A stretch of 64,000 bases of DNA from Mobula hypostoma (lineage: Eukaryota): the NCBI RefSeq assembly GCF_963921235.1, contig NC_086097.1, positions 209,252,001 through 209,316,000 of the forward strand, written 5' to 3'. Numbering within the stretch: position 1 is the first letter of the stretch; the number at the start of each line of letters is the position of its first letter. Below, piece by piece: positions 40,400 through 52,813 of the stretch. Position numbers and translations under genes: made by a program. The notes beneath the pieces were generated by a model that was not told the DNA's origin, searched no databases, and saw only the letters and a program-made list of their open reading frames with translations.

Positions 40400-41020
40400 A
40401 CTATTACCAATGGCTGTATTTCATTCGGAGTTTGAGGAGATCTGGTATGAAACCAAAGACTCTAGAAAATTTCTACAGGTGTACTGTGGAGTGCATTCTG
40501 ACTGGTTGCTTCATCATCTGGTATAGAGGTGGAAATGCACAGGATCAGAAAAAGCTGCAGAGGGTTGTAAACTCCGCCAGCTCTACCATGGGCACCAACA
40601 TCCCCACCATCGAGGACATCTTCAAAAGGCAATAGCTCAAGAAAGCAATGTCCATCATGAAGGACCTCACCATTCAGGACATGCCCTCTTCTCATTACTA
40701 CCATAAGGGAGGAAGCTCAGCAGCCTGAAGACCACACTCGGCATTTTAGGAACAGCTTCTTCTCCTCCACCATCAGATTTGTGGATACAATAGGGTCTTT
40801 TAAGAGACTCCTGGACAGGTATATGGAGCTCAGAAAAATAGAGGGCTATGGGTAACCCTAGATAATTTCTCAGGTAAGAACATGTTGGCATAGCGTTGTG
40901 GGCCAAAGGGCCTGTATTGTGCTGTAGGTTTTTTATGTTCCTATGTTTCTATTTCTGAATGGACAATGAACCCATGAACACTACCCCTATTTGGTGCTCT
41001 TTTTGCACTACTTATTAATT
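40400..41020 (+). mobile_element. Rex1 3' fragment with nested CR1 tail (~40781-40950)
   Basis: NFYRCTVECILTGC, KKLQRVVNSA; CR1 3' UTR flanked by attt. Confidence 0.8.
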
Positions 41021-41113
41021 TTGTAATGTAATGCCCTGGTTAAGATGTCTACTGCTATGCAGTAGGTATTTCGTTTTAGCAGTTTTCTGCAAAAGCAGTG
41101 TGTCCTGCTGGCA

Positions 41114-41238
41114 AACAACAGGAGTTCTGCAGATGCTGGAAATTCAAGCAACACACATCAAAGTTGCTGGTGAACGCAGCAGGCCAGGCAGCATCTCTAG
41201 GAAGAAGTACAGTCAACGGTTCAGGCCGAGACCCTTCA
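41114..41238 (-). mobile_element. Penelope terminal-repeat-derived short insertion
   Basis: Flanked by the direct repeat gtgtcctgctggca (41100-41113 and 41239-41252). Truncated inside the hammerhead core. Sits in an LTR-like host starting tgtaatgccc at ~41027. Confidence 0.8.
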
Positions 41239-41589
41239 GTGTCCTGCTGGCAGAATGTTTTCGGTTTGGCCAAAGATAAGAAGCCCTGTTGTTCAACTTA
41301 GGAATGTGGTGTCAGCCAATCCAGATTTTGGGATCTGGAGAAAGTTCTAGAGAGAGTTTTGTGACAGACAGCAGTCTGGTTTGGGGACTGTTGGTGGGAG
41401 CTGCGAAGTGGGACAGAAGGGAAGCTGCCTCAGAATGCTGTTTGAAGGAGAGTCCCCGTCACAAGAAATGCAGATGAACAGCTCCAAGGAGGAAAGGCAA
41501 TACTCGTGAAAGAGAGAGCCAGTTTGCTCAAGATGGTCTTCGCAGGAAAGAGAAGTAAGAAAGAATAAAAAATAAGTTACCTCAAGCAG

Positions 41590-42060
41590 TCTAACAGGAG
41601 GGGTCATTAATTCCCTGGCTATAGATTGGCTCATAGTGCTGAATGGCCAGGGGTAAGAATGAGCTCATATAGCGCTCCTTGGAGCAGAGCATTTGTCTTA
41701 GTCTATTACTAACAGTGCTCCTCTGTTCAGCCAAGGTGGCATGCAGAGAGTGACAGGATTGTCTGGAATTGCCAGGATTTTCTATAGGGTCCTTTGTTCC
41801 ACCACAGCCTCCAGTGTATCCAGTCTGACTCCTATAGCACAGCCAGCCTTTCTAACCTGTTTATTACCCATGTTGATGCCATTGCCCCAGCACACCACCA
41901 CATAGAAGATTGTACGAGCAGCAACAGACTGGTAGAACATGTAAAGGAGAGGCCTGCATACTCCAAAAGACCTCGGTCTCCTCAGGAAGTAGAGGTGACT
42001 CTGGCCCTTCTTGTACACAGCCTCTGTGTATAAAAGGTGGCCTTCCCACTGCTGAGCCAT
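41590..42060 (-). mobile_element. Rex1/Babar-related LINE 3' fragment
   Basis: KKGQSHLYFLRR.RSFGVCRPLL.MFYQSV...IFYVVVCWG. Confidence 0.8.
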
Positions 42061-42359
42061 GTGGCTGTTAGCAGAGGTAGCTAATGAGCCAAGTTTGCAT
42101 ATGAGCTTCGTGAAGGGTTACAGTACATAGTATTGTAATTTATAGTAATTTTTATATATTATAATGTACTACTGTTCCAAAACAACATATTTCACAACAT
42201 ATGCTAGTGATACTAAACCTGATTCTGATCCTGTTTCTAATTCTTTACATGTCAATGATAATAGGCCTAATTCTGATTCCGATTATGCTCTCTCACTGAA
42301 ATATCAATCACTTGGCCAGGCTTGTGCCCGACGCCGGTTCCCTATGGTCGGCGTAGTAG

Positions 42360-42620
42360 TAGTAAGCCAGGCATGTTTCCCAGTACAAGATCCAATATAG
42401 CCTCTCCTCTAGTTAGTCTATCCACATACTGTTTCAAGAAACTCTCTTGGATGCATCTAAGAAATTCTGGTCCATCGAAACCTCTTATACAATTCCAATC
42501 AATCCCTGTCAATATTGGGAAAGTTAAAAACACCCAGTCCAATAATCCTGTTGATTTTTCGACCTTTCCATAAACTGCCTACATATCTGCTTCTCTATCT
42601 TCCACTGGCTGTTGGAAGAT
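42360..42620 (-). mobile_element. CR1 endonuclease fragment
   Basis: IDW...G.DG.EFLRCIQESFLKQYVDRLTRGEAILDLVLGN. Confidence 0.8.
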
Positions 42621-43284
42621 CTCTCGTACAGGGAAGGCAAACCAATGGTAAATGTGTCCAAACAATGAATTGACATAAATAAGCAACTTTACTCATTCTT
42701 TTCCCTTATGAAATCCATAATTATTGTTACTAATTCATTAATCATTTCTAATCTTTGCTCAAAATTTCCATGGCATGCAAGAAAACCTTTAGAAGATTAT
42801 CACCAGTTTAGGCACATACTCTCAAAAGGCTTCACCAGTAGTATAATCTCATAATATTATACTTCACTTGCTGTAGTATAATCTCATAATATTTGATCCC
42901 TGTGGAACACCACTGGTCACAGATCTGAAACCTACTGTGTAATCCCATAATATTTTAATATTGGGTTGCGCGACATCATAGTGCTTGTCATAGTGCTAAT
43001 TAAACACCAGCTATCCGAGTTCAATTCTGCCACTATCTGTAAGGAGTTTGTACATTCTCTCTGTGACCACGAGAGTTTCCTCAGTCTCCTCCCACATTCC
43101 AGACATATGGTAAAGTCGTTTAAATGGTCACCTGTGTGTAATTGGACAGCGCAAGCTCACAGGGTCGGAAAGGCCTGTTACCAGGCTGTATCTCTAAATA
43201 ACATCAAATATTTTAAACAAAAGTAATTATTCTGTTGGTTTAAGATGCCATTACAGAAAATAAAATATTCAGATATTTCATCTT

Positions 43285-43606
43285 AAGAGGAATAGATAGA
43301 GTGGACAGCTAGCGCCTCTTCCCCAGGGCACCACTGCTCAATACAAGAGGACATGGCTTTAAGGTAAGGGGTGGAAAGTTGAAGGGGGATATTAGAGGAA
43401 GGTTTTTTGCTCAGAGAGTGGTTGGTGCATGGAATACACTGCCTGAGTCAGTGGTGGAGGCAGATACAGTAGTGAAATTTAAGAGACTACTAGACAGGTA
43501 TATGGAGGAATTTAAGGTGGGAGGTTATGTGGGAGGCAGGGTCGGCACAACATTGTGGGCCGAAGGGCCTGTACTGTGCTGTACTGTTCTATGTTCTATG
43601 TTCTAT
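43285..43606 (+). mobile_element. CR1 3' end
   Basis: TRGHGFKV, FFAQRVVGAWNTLP, (ttctatg)3 tail. Confidence 0.88.
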
Positions 43607-44677
43607 CTTTCTGGTGAGAAGATAAATTGAAACTCTGTCTGCTCTGTCAGGTGGATATGAAGCAATCCAATAAGATAATTTTGAGATCCAGCATTTTTGC
43701 CGATAGTTATTCCTCAATCAACATTTACTTTGAACATTGAAGATCAGATTATTAGAGCATAATCATGTTGCTTTTTAGTTAAGGGTTACCACACTACCAG
43801 GTTTTCTACACTAGTGATTTCAGCTGGACACCATTTGTAAAATTATTTGGACAATTCTAGAGCTTGGAGAGGTGCAGTATAATTGTAAAGCATCTTTCTG
43901 TCTTTACAAAACCCATAAAGATCATATACAAGGAAAATGCTTGAGCAAAATAATGTAGCTCTGATGCTGAGATGTTGGATGGTACAGTATCTAAATTTAA
44001 ATCTAGCTGGCGAGGTTTATGAGGACTTGGCAGGCAGAACAGATAAGTGTATTTCTCAGAACTGTTTGCATACTACCTACCTTCTTAAAACCCAAATATT
44101 TCCTTGTCACTCTCATTCTCAATTTCCAGTCCAATTTTCTTCCACCAACTCACAAATTTCCCCAGAGTCTCTAGCTGCAACAGCCTATCCCACTTCAATC
44201 TAGCTGAAGAGTATTGTTAGTAAGAATTTCTCATTAAATTTGACAGGACTTCAGCTTTGCCAGAACTTCCACATTTTCCCAATGAAAATAAACTCCCAGT
44301 CCCTTCCCACCAGTCTTGTTAACATAGTGGACTATATTTCCAGCAGGGGAACATGAGGTATCTAGAAATCGGAGATGAATGAGAAGCTTTCAAATGTGGT
44401 GGTCTTTGCATTGCTGATCACTGGGAAGAATATTGACCTCTCCCCTGGGTGGTTATCAACCAGCTGCACAAAAAGCTGCTGTGAAGATGAGGTATCAAGT
44501 ATTGAAATGCACAATTGATTTAGTATTGTGCAATAGGGAAGCAGCCAGTTAAGAGGCCAAATGGTATGTTGATCTTTATTGCAAAAGAAGGGCAGCTTAC
44601 TGTAATTATATAGGGTCCTGATGGGACAATGGCTGGAATATTATATACCAGTCTGCTATTTTACCTAAAGAAAGATA

Positions 44678-45238
44678 CGTGTTCGTCCATTGTCAACGTT
44701 GCTGAGGACCTCGACAGCATTTTGATGGTGTCGAGACTAGCGCGTGATTTGTATTTAAGTGAGGGAGAGTTGCGCAGCGTCAACCTCACTCTCTCTTCCT
44801 AATTCCCATCTGGATCCAGTGGCCAGACAGAGTTGAGATGGCTGGAGATGGAACTAGGCGCAGTGGATGACCAGGACGTCTTCTGTGTCTTGTCCTGCTC
44901 TACACGATCCACAACGCTTGCAGAGACCGCCTTCTTGACTGTTGGACCTTCTATTGGTCTCGTCCGCTCAATCCTCCAGAGTCTGTCTTCACGTGCTGGG
45001 ATAGACAACTCCCTATCTCACCTAGGGTTTGAGACCCGTCGGCTACCCTCACCTGGTTTAGCCAGCTTGTTGAAGCCGTTGCCCGGGGTGTAGCCGCTGT
45101 CACATGCAAACAGCTATGGGGAGACACAGGTGAGAGCTGAGTGCCAGGTGGGGACCAAAGGTAGACTAACCACCTTGAAAAGGACGGGACATATTCCCCC
45201 GCCAGAGGTGCTACCCCTCCTGACACCCTATACACCCC
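44678..45238 (-). mobile_element. Non-autonomous, non-coding retroelement (probably RTE-mobilised) inserted in an old CR1
   Basis: Perfect 11-bp TSD aaagaaagata at 44667-44677 and 45239-45249. GC-richer than the flanks; no tRNA-like head recognised; ribozyme fold at the 5' end. Confidence 0.8.
45048..45238 (-). ncRNA. HDV-like (nested double-pseudoknot) self-cleaving ribozyme candidate
   Basis: Minus-strand order: P1 GGGGTG, long J1/2, P2 CTCACCTG, P3 TGTC, L3 TCC.., P3' GCTA, P1' CACCCC, GG (P1.1), P4 CGGCTT/AAGCTG, J4/2 GCTAA, P2' CAGGTGAG. P3 is imperfect in this copy. Confidence 0.7.
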
Positions 45239-46074
45239 AAAGAAAGATATAGTTGTGATGGAAAGCACAGAAAGATATTCAGTGGATTGATTCTGGGACT
45301 GGGCAGTGTTTGTGCTATCTGGAAAGATTAAGCAGCCTGGGGCTACACTTACGAGGGTCAGGAAGAATGGAAAGAGATGTCATTGAAACATATAAAATTC
45401 ATACAAAATATGGCAGGGTAAATGCAGGGATATGTTTTCTCTATTTGCTGTATGGTCATGGTGTTAAGATAGGAAGTCTGTTATGAGATGAGACAAAATT
45501 TCTTCACCCAGACTAGTGTATCTTCAGAACACATTACACAAGAGGGCAATATCGCCTCAGCAGCTGAAAGCATTCCCAGCAGACATATGCCAGTCAATGG
45601 CAAGGAGTTACTGCAGGTGAAAGCAACACTGAATGAAAAGATCCATCATGACCTTATCGAATGGAAAAGCTAACATGTGTAACTAACTGACTTATTGCAT
45701 GGTTCTATTCCATATCTTCTTCAAATGTAGGGACAGTGGGACACACAATCTTTTCGTGTGTGCAGGCAGCTATTGTATATATCTGATTCTGCTAGAAGTC
45801 CCACTACTTTTTGAGATGAAGGATGATCATTTTGAGTGAAATCACAGTACACAGTAGAATATATAGTATGAAACAGCCAGTAGAAATTTCACCTGTCCTC
45901 CACAGTGAAAATTCAGGCTGATATATGCTATATTTGAGACCCATTAATTAACTTCTCATTCAAAATATAAGGTTAATGTGATCCTGATAGTTTTGTGAGT
46001 TTTAAACAAAGGCAAAAGGTTTCAACTAAATACTCTGGTTTATGCCAGTGAGGAAAGCAAACAATAGTATGTGA

Positions 46075-46250
46075 CAGCAACACACACAAAATGCTGGAGT
46101 AACTCAGCGGGTCAGGAGGCATTTATAGAAAAGAGGAAACAGTCCTCGTTTAGGGCCGTGACTCTTTTTCGGGGCTGGAAATGGGGAGGAGAAGTCAAAG
46201 TAAGAAGGTGGGTGAAGAGGAGGATGAAGTAAAAACAGTATGTGATCTGT
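46075..46250 (-). mobile_element. Penelope terminal-repeat fragment, degenerate
   Basis: aacacacacaaaatgctggag... family signature followed by a purine-rich tract. Confidence 0.6.
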
Positions 46251-46533
46251 GTCTTCATAGCTTGTACAACTGATGCCACAACAACATCCATTGTGCAAAA
46301 GTGAATTGTACAGAGAAATGCGTGGGTGTATTTCCCAATGGCACAGTTTCACCCGTATGAGGTTCCGATGGATACTAATGGGTCTGAATTTCAGGCAGCG
46401 CTTCGTGCTAAGACCATTTCTTTAGTCACCAGCACACAATTGAGATTCCATTCATGTGAAATGATAGGTTGCAGATCAACACAAAGCAAGTACTTGGTAG
46501 AAAGTTGAAAAACTATTACATTATTAGTATTGC

Positions 46534-46747
46534 AAACACGAGAAAGCCTGCAGATGCTGGAAATTCAAGCAACACACACAAAATGCTGGTGGAACGCAGC
46601 AGGCCAGGCAGCATCCATAGGAAGAGGTACATTCGACGTTTCAGGCCGAGACCCTTCGTCAGGAGGGGTTTCGGCCCGAAACGTCGACTGTACCTCTTCC
46701 TATAGATGCTGCCTGGCCTGCTGCGTTCCACCAGCATTTTGTGTGTG
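46534..46747. mobile_element. Young fold-back Penelope-derived element with hammerhead core
   Basis: Arms 46571-46656 and 46665-46749 are near-perfect inverted repeats. 18-bp direct repeat ttacattattagtat(t/c)gc at 46516-46533 and 46748-46765. Minus strand has CTGACGA-agggtctcggcct-GAAACGTC. Confidence 0.88.
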
Positions 46748-46815
46748 TTACATTATTAGTATCGCCTAATTTTGTGTGCGGATATAATTGTGCAAATGTA
46801 TATTGTTTATTGCAG

Positions 46816-46954
46816 GTAATGATGCACCATCTGAAAAGTGGACATACTTTAAAATTTATTGCAGACAGATGGTTATCAAGAAAGCATGATGATGGAGAGA
46901 TTGTGCGTGAATTGCCTCTCTCTCGGGAAGCTAGAGACTCACCAGTCTATCCAG
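46816..46954 (+). CDS. RP1: Internal exon F (PLAT domain 1, C-terminal part)
   Basis: tttattgcag| ... G|gtatga. Phase 0-1: VMMHHLKSGHTLKFIADRWLSRKHDDGEIVRELPLSREARDSPVYP (PLAT F..DRWL....DG.I.RELP). Confidence 0.9.
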
Positions 46955-48510
46955 GTATGAAAGTGTCAATCTAAATATGTAACTATAGTCAAGATAAGTT
47001 ATTTAAGACAAAAGTTGTTTGAGAATTACTATAAATTTCCTATAAAGTAAAATTCAAACTCCTAATCATAACGACTTCTGATAAACATTACATGAAGCCA
47101 AAGAAAAATATGCATCAACTACATGGATGTACATAACTGTCCAAATTTTATATTCAAACCGTAAATCACCCTGCCTTCTGATACCTCCATTATTCCGTTT
47201 CACAGCATCACGATGAGCTGAATGTTAACTCCTGTGTTTCGATGCATGAGGTGGATATGGGTAAAACAACCCAAGGAATTCACAGTGAATAGCAAACTGC
47301 TTCCTACCCATTGACTTCGGAGTTTCATTGCTGTTATTTAGGCCAAAGATTGACCTGTATGAAAGTTTAAATTTTTTAAAAATGGACAAAATGTTTGACT
47401 TTAATGTTGGCGCCTAAGCTTCATGAAACTTGCCTGTGGCAGCATGGTAAGTACATAGTAGCACCAGATGGGACCAAATTCAATTTCAGGAACACATGGC
47501 AATGAATTCTTAATACTCACAGCTGCATTCTTTGTAGCCTTTGAGAAAGGGTCTTTCAAATTACTTTTGCTAAGAGGTGACTTTCTGATTTTGAACATGC
47601 CTTTTGTAAGTTGGACCAATTGCCTGAGGGTGCCTGTTGCTTATTCTGCCTTAGACTAGATCTCAGTTGATATGCAATATGATCAGCAGTAGCACCAGCA
47701 CTCTGCTGTGCAAAGACTTATAGAAGCAAGCCATAGAGCAATGCTGCAGCTAGGAGTTTGGGAAAGTGAGCAGCAGAGAATCAATGCCAGAGAGGGAAAC
47801 AGCAGAGTGATGCAGATGAAAGAGCTGGGTGGCGCACAACATGTGAAGCAAAGTGTATAGGCAAAGGAAAAGTTTCATTTATGTCTGAAAATCAATGGCT
47901 TAGATGATGTGCCAAATAAGGACAAATGTCTGCAGCCTGGGAGAAGGATATTTGTTTCCCTTTGGGCATTAAAAAGGCTTATAGGTACATCAGCTTTTAC
48001 CGCAATAATGTCAATCATAATGAGCAGATAGCAACTTTTGTAGATTTATTTGGCTTCCCTTACCTGCTATCTATCAACTATTGCTACACAATAACCAGGA
48101 CTATTCACCAACTTAACAGCTTATGTCTTGCATCATTATGTGGTGTTTGATAAAACAAAATCAATAATGGTAACTACAAAGATGTCTAATTGTCATCACA
48201 AAGATTCATGTGCTTCTTTAAAGATGCTGGGGATTAAAATTACTTATCCCAACTCAGTTTTACCAATATAAGACCAAAGTAAATTAGTACACTCTTCCAC
48301 TCAGTCATTTCAAGCTGCTACAACATGACCTAATAGGAACAAAATCAGACAGGTCAGCCAGCACCAATCTAGCAATGGAATCTTAACACAAGAAATGCTC
48401 ATCCAACCCAGTTCACACTGCAAAGTCAAACGGAGTCTGACATTGTCAAAACCAGAGAATTATACTTTGAACCAACATTCCATACCTGAATCTGTCCTGT
48501 TACCCTCACG

Positions 48511-48589
48511 CAGGGGATCCCAACCTTTCTATGCCATGGACCAATACCATTAAGCAAGGGGTCTATGAACTCCAGGTTGGGAGTGCTTG
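48511..48589. mobile_element. hAT/Charlie-like MITE (~80 bp)
   Basis: Ends caggggatcccaacct / aggttgggagtgcttg are inverted; right flank ctctagca resembles the Charlie target site. Confidence 0.65.
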
Positions 48590-49266
48590 CTCTAGCAGGA
48601 CGGACCAACCAAAGTTCAAAGTATTTTGAACTTTGATTCAATGTTGAATCATAGGTAATGGTTTAATGATAATCAGTTGGACAAGGGTGCTTTTGGGTGT
48701 CTTTGAAATTAATTGTGCAGCCTGTGAAGCATCATGCCATTGGGTCTACATAGCCATGAAAATCTCTTCTATTTACCAGCTAATCAATGAGCACTTCTCC
48801 ATGTCTAAGATAGTTTAGAAAAATCACTGGAAGTAGCAAGTGGATGGATATGCTATGGATGGAGACGATGATGTCCAACAGCAAAATGGCTTGATAGCAG
48901 TGGCAAAGACTGATCTGGCCATGCTCTGAAACAAATAAAAAGACTGTCTACACCAATGATGATAAAATGAACCAATGTGAGGATAAAATCTCACTTGATC
49001 TTGTCCTCAGTAATTTACTTGTCAGATAAATATGAAGGCTTATGCTGAATTGATCATTGTAAAGACCATGAATAGACTGAGCCAAATCCCATTTCTAATT
49101 TTTTCTCACCCTCTCATGCTTCAAATAAGGAAGTTCTGATTTATTGGGAGGTAGATGATGTGGCTCCATTTTTGGAGGGAAATAATGCTTCACGTTCTTT
49201 TTTTCAGTTTAGACTTTATAATGCCACAATTGGAATTGATTTTGCATTTCATTGTATATTTGACAG

Positions 49267-49418
49267 TACTGAAATACCAAGTGCGTATTCATACTGGACA
49301 TTTGGAAAGTGATGATTCACTCCTTCCTATCTATATCTGCATCTATGGGGAGAGAGGAGACACTGGACTACGTTATGTATACAAATTTGACCAATCTGCC
49401 AAATTTAAAAAAGGACAG
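49267..49418 (+). CDS. RP1: Internal exon G (PLAT domain 2, N-terminal part)
   Basis: tttgacag| ... CAG|gtaaat. Phase 1-0: (V)LKYQVRIHTGHLESDDSLLPIYICIYGERGDTGLRYVYKFDQSAKFKKGQ (YGERGDTG is typical of LOXHD1/RP1-type PLAT repeats). Confidence 0.9.
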
Positions 49419-50756
49419 GTAAATTTGTGCTCAAATGTTATGGATATACATATAAGATTTTTTTTTGTGTAGTAACTAACAAGATAAATGGTAGATGATG
49501 CTTATGACTTTGCAGCAGTTGACTGCATATTTTTAAAAATGCAATCAAATATCAAATATGTGCACCTCCAAAAATCATATTTCCATGTAATTAAATGTGA
49601 TTGCAAGTCACTTAACAGGAGAGCTGTATGAACACACATGAACGGTGTGATCCTGGAACACTTTGCAAGATTTGTAGAAGATCTTTGGGACAGGAAGAAA
49701 ATTACTTCAAAGGGCAGAGTTGATTGAAGTATAAATCTAGCCAGGCTATGAATATTGGAAATGTATGATTTTTGCACATAACACCACTGAAATATGTATG
49801 CCATCAATGTAAAGAAGTGAACTTAAAAAAAGAATTACAGTGGAAAATCCATTGATTCACATTCCTATCAGTTGTATATTTGAAGCAGTAAACTAGTGCA
49901 ATGTGCATGAGGTGAAGAAAGTGTCCTAAGTTGTAAATAAGAACAGTAGCATTTAGCTCTTCACAACTTTCCCAAAATATATTGACCAATGAGAGACATG
50001 ATTTTAGTTCATTTAATTTGCTCTTTGGAAATGTTGGGAACAAATGATACCTCTGGATCACTTGTCTTCAACGTTGTTATGATTATGAAACAATAGTAAA
50101 TGTTAACCATTCTGTTTTCCTGACAAACATAAATATAACTGTCTTACTACTTTATTGGCACTCATAATGACTAAGCCATTATTTCAATTATTTAAATATT
50201 CCTAACCACAAGATCTCCAGATTGACCAAATGTCAAATACTTTCATTATATCTACACTTACTGTTGGTGAGATGGATGGAATGTTAGACATTCCGAGAAA
50301 ACTAACTCTGAAGTGGAATAGGGACTCACCAAAATTAATGCAAGTAAATGACACTTACTGTATGAAGAATATAAAAAAATAACATCCATGCGACCATTTT
50401 CTTCTATTCCAGGGTTTCTAAGAAGTAGCTGAGTATGTTGCTGATAGTACAAGATACAAAGCTTGGAGGTCATTTTTGACCATCAATATTAGTGATATAG
50501 AATAGTATAGAGTTAGTTGTTTGTGCAAGCATTCTTGTAGCTGTGATTATATCTGTGGTACCATCTAAATGCTGAAAGAGAATCTTCTATTATTCCTCCA
50601 TTCTGCTATTACTATCATTTGATGCCAAGTTATGCTGAATTTGATTGAAAGTATGTATTAGTTTTCAAATGTTGTATTAATAAGAGTGATAAGAAATGAA
50701 ATTACTTTCCTCCTTACTTTTTAAATTATTTGTTATTTGCCGTTTGTGGAAGAGAA

Positions 50757-51722
50757 ACTTCAAAGTTCAAAGTAAATTTATTACCAAAGCACATACCATA
50801 TATGTCACTATATGCTATCCTGAGAATCACTTTCTTGTGGGCAAAGAAACACAACTGAATCAATGAAAAACTGCACAGAATGAAGACAGACTAGCAACCG
50901 ATGTGCAAAAGAGAACAAGCTGTGCAAATATAATAAAGAGAAATACAAACAAAATAATAATAATAATAAATAAATATCAAGGAAATGAGATGAAGAATCC
51001 TTGAAAGCAAGTCCATAGGTTGTGGGAACAGTTCAGTGTTGGAGTGAGTGAGTTCAAGAGCCTGATGGTTGACGGGTAATCACTGTTCCCAAACTTGGTA
51101 GTGTGGGTCCTGAGACTCCTGTACCTCCTGTGTAGCAGTGAGAAGAGAGTATGGCCTGTCTGGTGGAGGTCCTTGATGATGGATGCTGCTTTCCTGCGAC
51201 ACTGCTCCTTGTAGATGTGCTCTGTAGTGCATGATGATGAATTTACCTATGATGAATTGGGCTGTATCTCCTACTTTTTGAAGGCTTTTCTATTCAAGGG
51301 CATTGGTGGTTTTCATAACAGGTTGTGATGCAACCAATGAATATACTCTCCACTGCACATCTATAGAAGTCTGTCAAAGTTTCAGATGGCATGCTGAATC
51401 TTCGCAAACTTCTAAGAAAGTAGAGGCACTGCCATGCCTTCTTCCTAAGGGCACTTACATGCTGGGCCCAGGACAAATCCTCTGAAATGATAATACCGAG
51501 GAACTTAAAGTTGCAGACCCTCTCCTGATAAGGACTGGCTCATGGGCCTCCATTTTCCTTCTCCTGCGGTCAATAATCATCTCTTTGGTTTTGCTGACAT
51601 AGAGTGAGGTGATGTTGTTGTTATGGCACCACTCAGCCAGATTTTCGATCTCTCTCTCATATACTGATTCAACTCCACGTTTGATTCGGTCAACGACAGT
51701 GGTGTCGTCAGCAAACTTAAAT
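50757..51722 (-). mobile_element. Rex1/Babar LINE 3' portion
   Basis: FKFADDTTVV, VSKTKEMIID.RR, FYRCAVESI..GCIT; (ttcaaag)n tail at left. Confidence 0.85.
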
Positions 51723-52658
51723 AAGTTCTCAGGGCTGCGAGGAATATCATTAGTTTCTTCCCTTATTCCATTACTCATCTGATCTTCATTACTAAATAAA
51801 ACTCAGAATGCTTGGATTCAGAGATAAAATTCTGCAACATAATGATATGATTTCTATTCACTTCACAAAATCTACTTGTCTGATAAATGGTATATTAGGG
51901 TACTATACGCACACGATAAATGTAATAGTATTGATGTCACTGGTGCAATATTCCACTTTAAAAATAGTATGAGCTAAAACACAGGATTGGGCTTTCAGAA
52001 GATGAATGGTGCCTCAGCATTAGGTAAGGAGCTGCTACCAGAGGCTTTATTGTTGAGTCTTGTCATTAAAGCTAGGCATATCCGTAATGTTGTTTTCAAT
52101 CTCAGAGAGCAATTCCTTCTCACTTTGTGAAAGCACCATGCTCAAAGGTCATTACATCAGGAGCCATTTTCAGACGGCTCATAGCTCCATCAGAAATTGA
52201 GATTCCCGAATCCTGTTCGCAACACTCAAGTGCAGTTCAAAGGAAAATTTTCCTCAAAGTAACCTAGTTAATTGAAACAGCAATTCTCAAAGGGAAAAGG
52301 TGCATGTCAGAAAATTGTTGAAGCTAACATAGTCTTCTTACGCAGCATCGTTGCAACGTTATGGTAGATTTTTCTTTCTGTGCAGAAGAATTTCTAAGGA
52401 TAATATTTTAAAATAACCTTGTATCCTTTTGACTGTTGTGGACATCTTAATGGTATGCCATACTAGTGGAGTGGTTAGGGCATTCAATATTGTTAACTGA
52501 ATCTCTAGCTGATTAAACTTAATTAGATACAAAACAAATAAAATCAGGAATTGTTATTGCTAACGTACACAATGCACTGAGCACAGAGGTAATCTTATCT
52601 AAAGTATATTATCATTGATATGCTCCCAGACATTTTTCTCTATAACATTTTCTTAAAG

Positions 52659-52813
52659 ACTGGACTTTTCCAACTGGAAGCTGTGTCCTTGGGTGAGCTA
52701 CAGAAGGTACTCATACACACCGAAATCAATAAAAATCAGCCCTGGTTTTGTGAACAAGTGGTTATTAAGGAACAGGATAACAATAAATTAGAATATGTCT
52801 TCAGCTGTAACAG
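52659..52813 (+). CDS. RP1: Internal exon H (PLAT domain 2, middle)
   Basis: ttttcttaaag| ... AG|gtaaca. Phase 0-2: TGLFQLEAVSLGELQKVLIHTEINKNQPWFCEQVVIKEQDNNKLEYVFSCN(R). Confidence 0.9.

Noticed and set aside
42838..42892. Short direct repeats (gtagtataatctcataat x2; also gtgatcatcttacacct x2 near 33366-33405)
   Set aside because: Ordinary slippage or repair micro-duplications with no further structure.
46571..46749. pre-miRNA gene or DNA-transposon MITE
   Set aside because: The arms belong to a repeat that elsewhere follows Penelope GIY-YIG coding ends (54805, 63005), and the long direct repeat fits retro-insertion.
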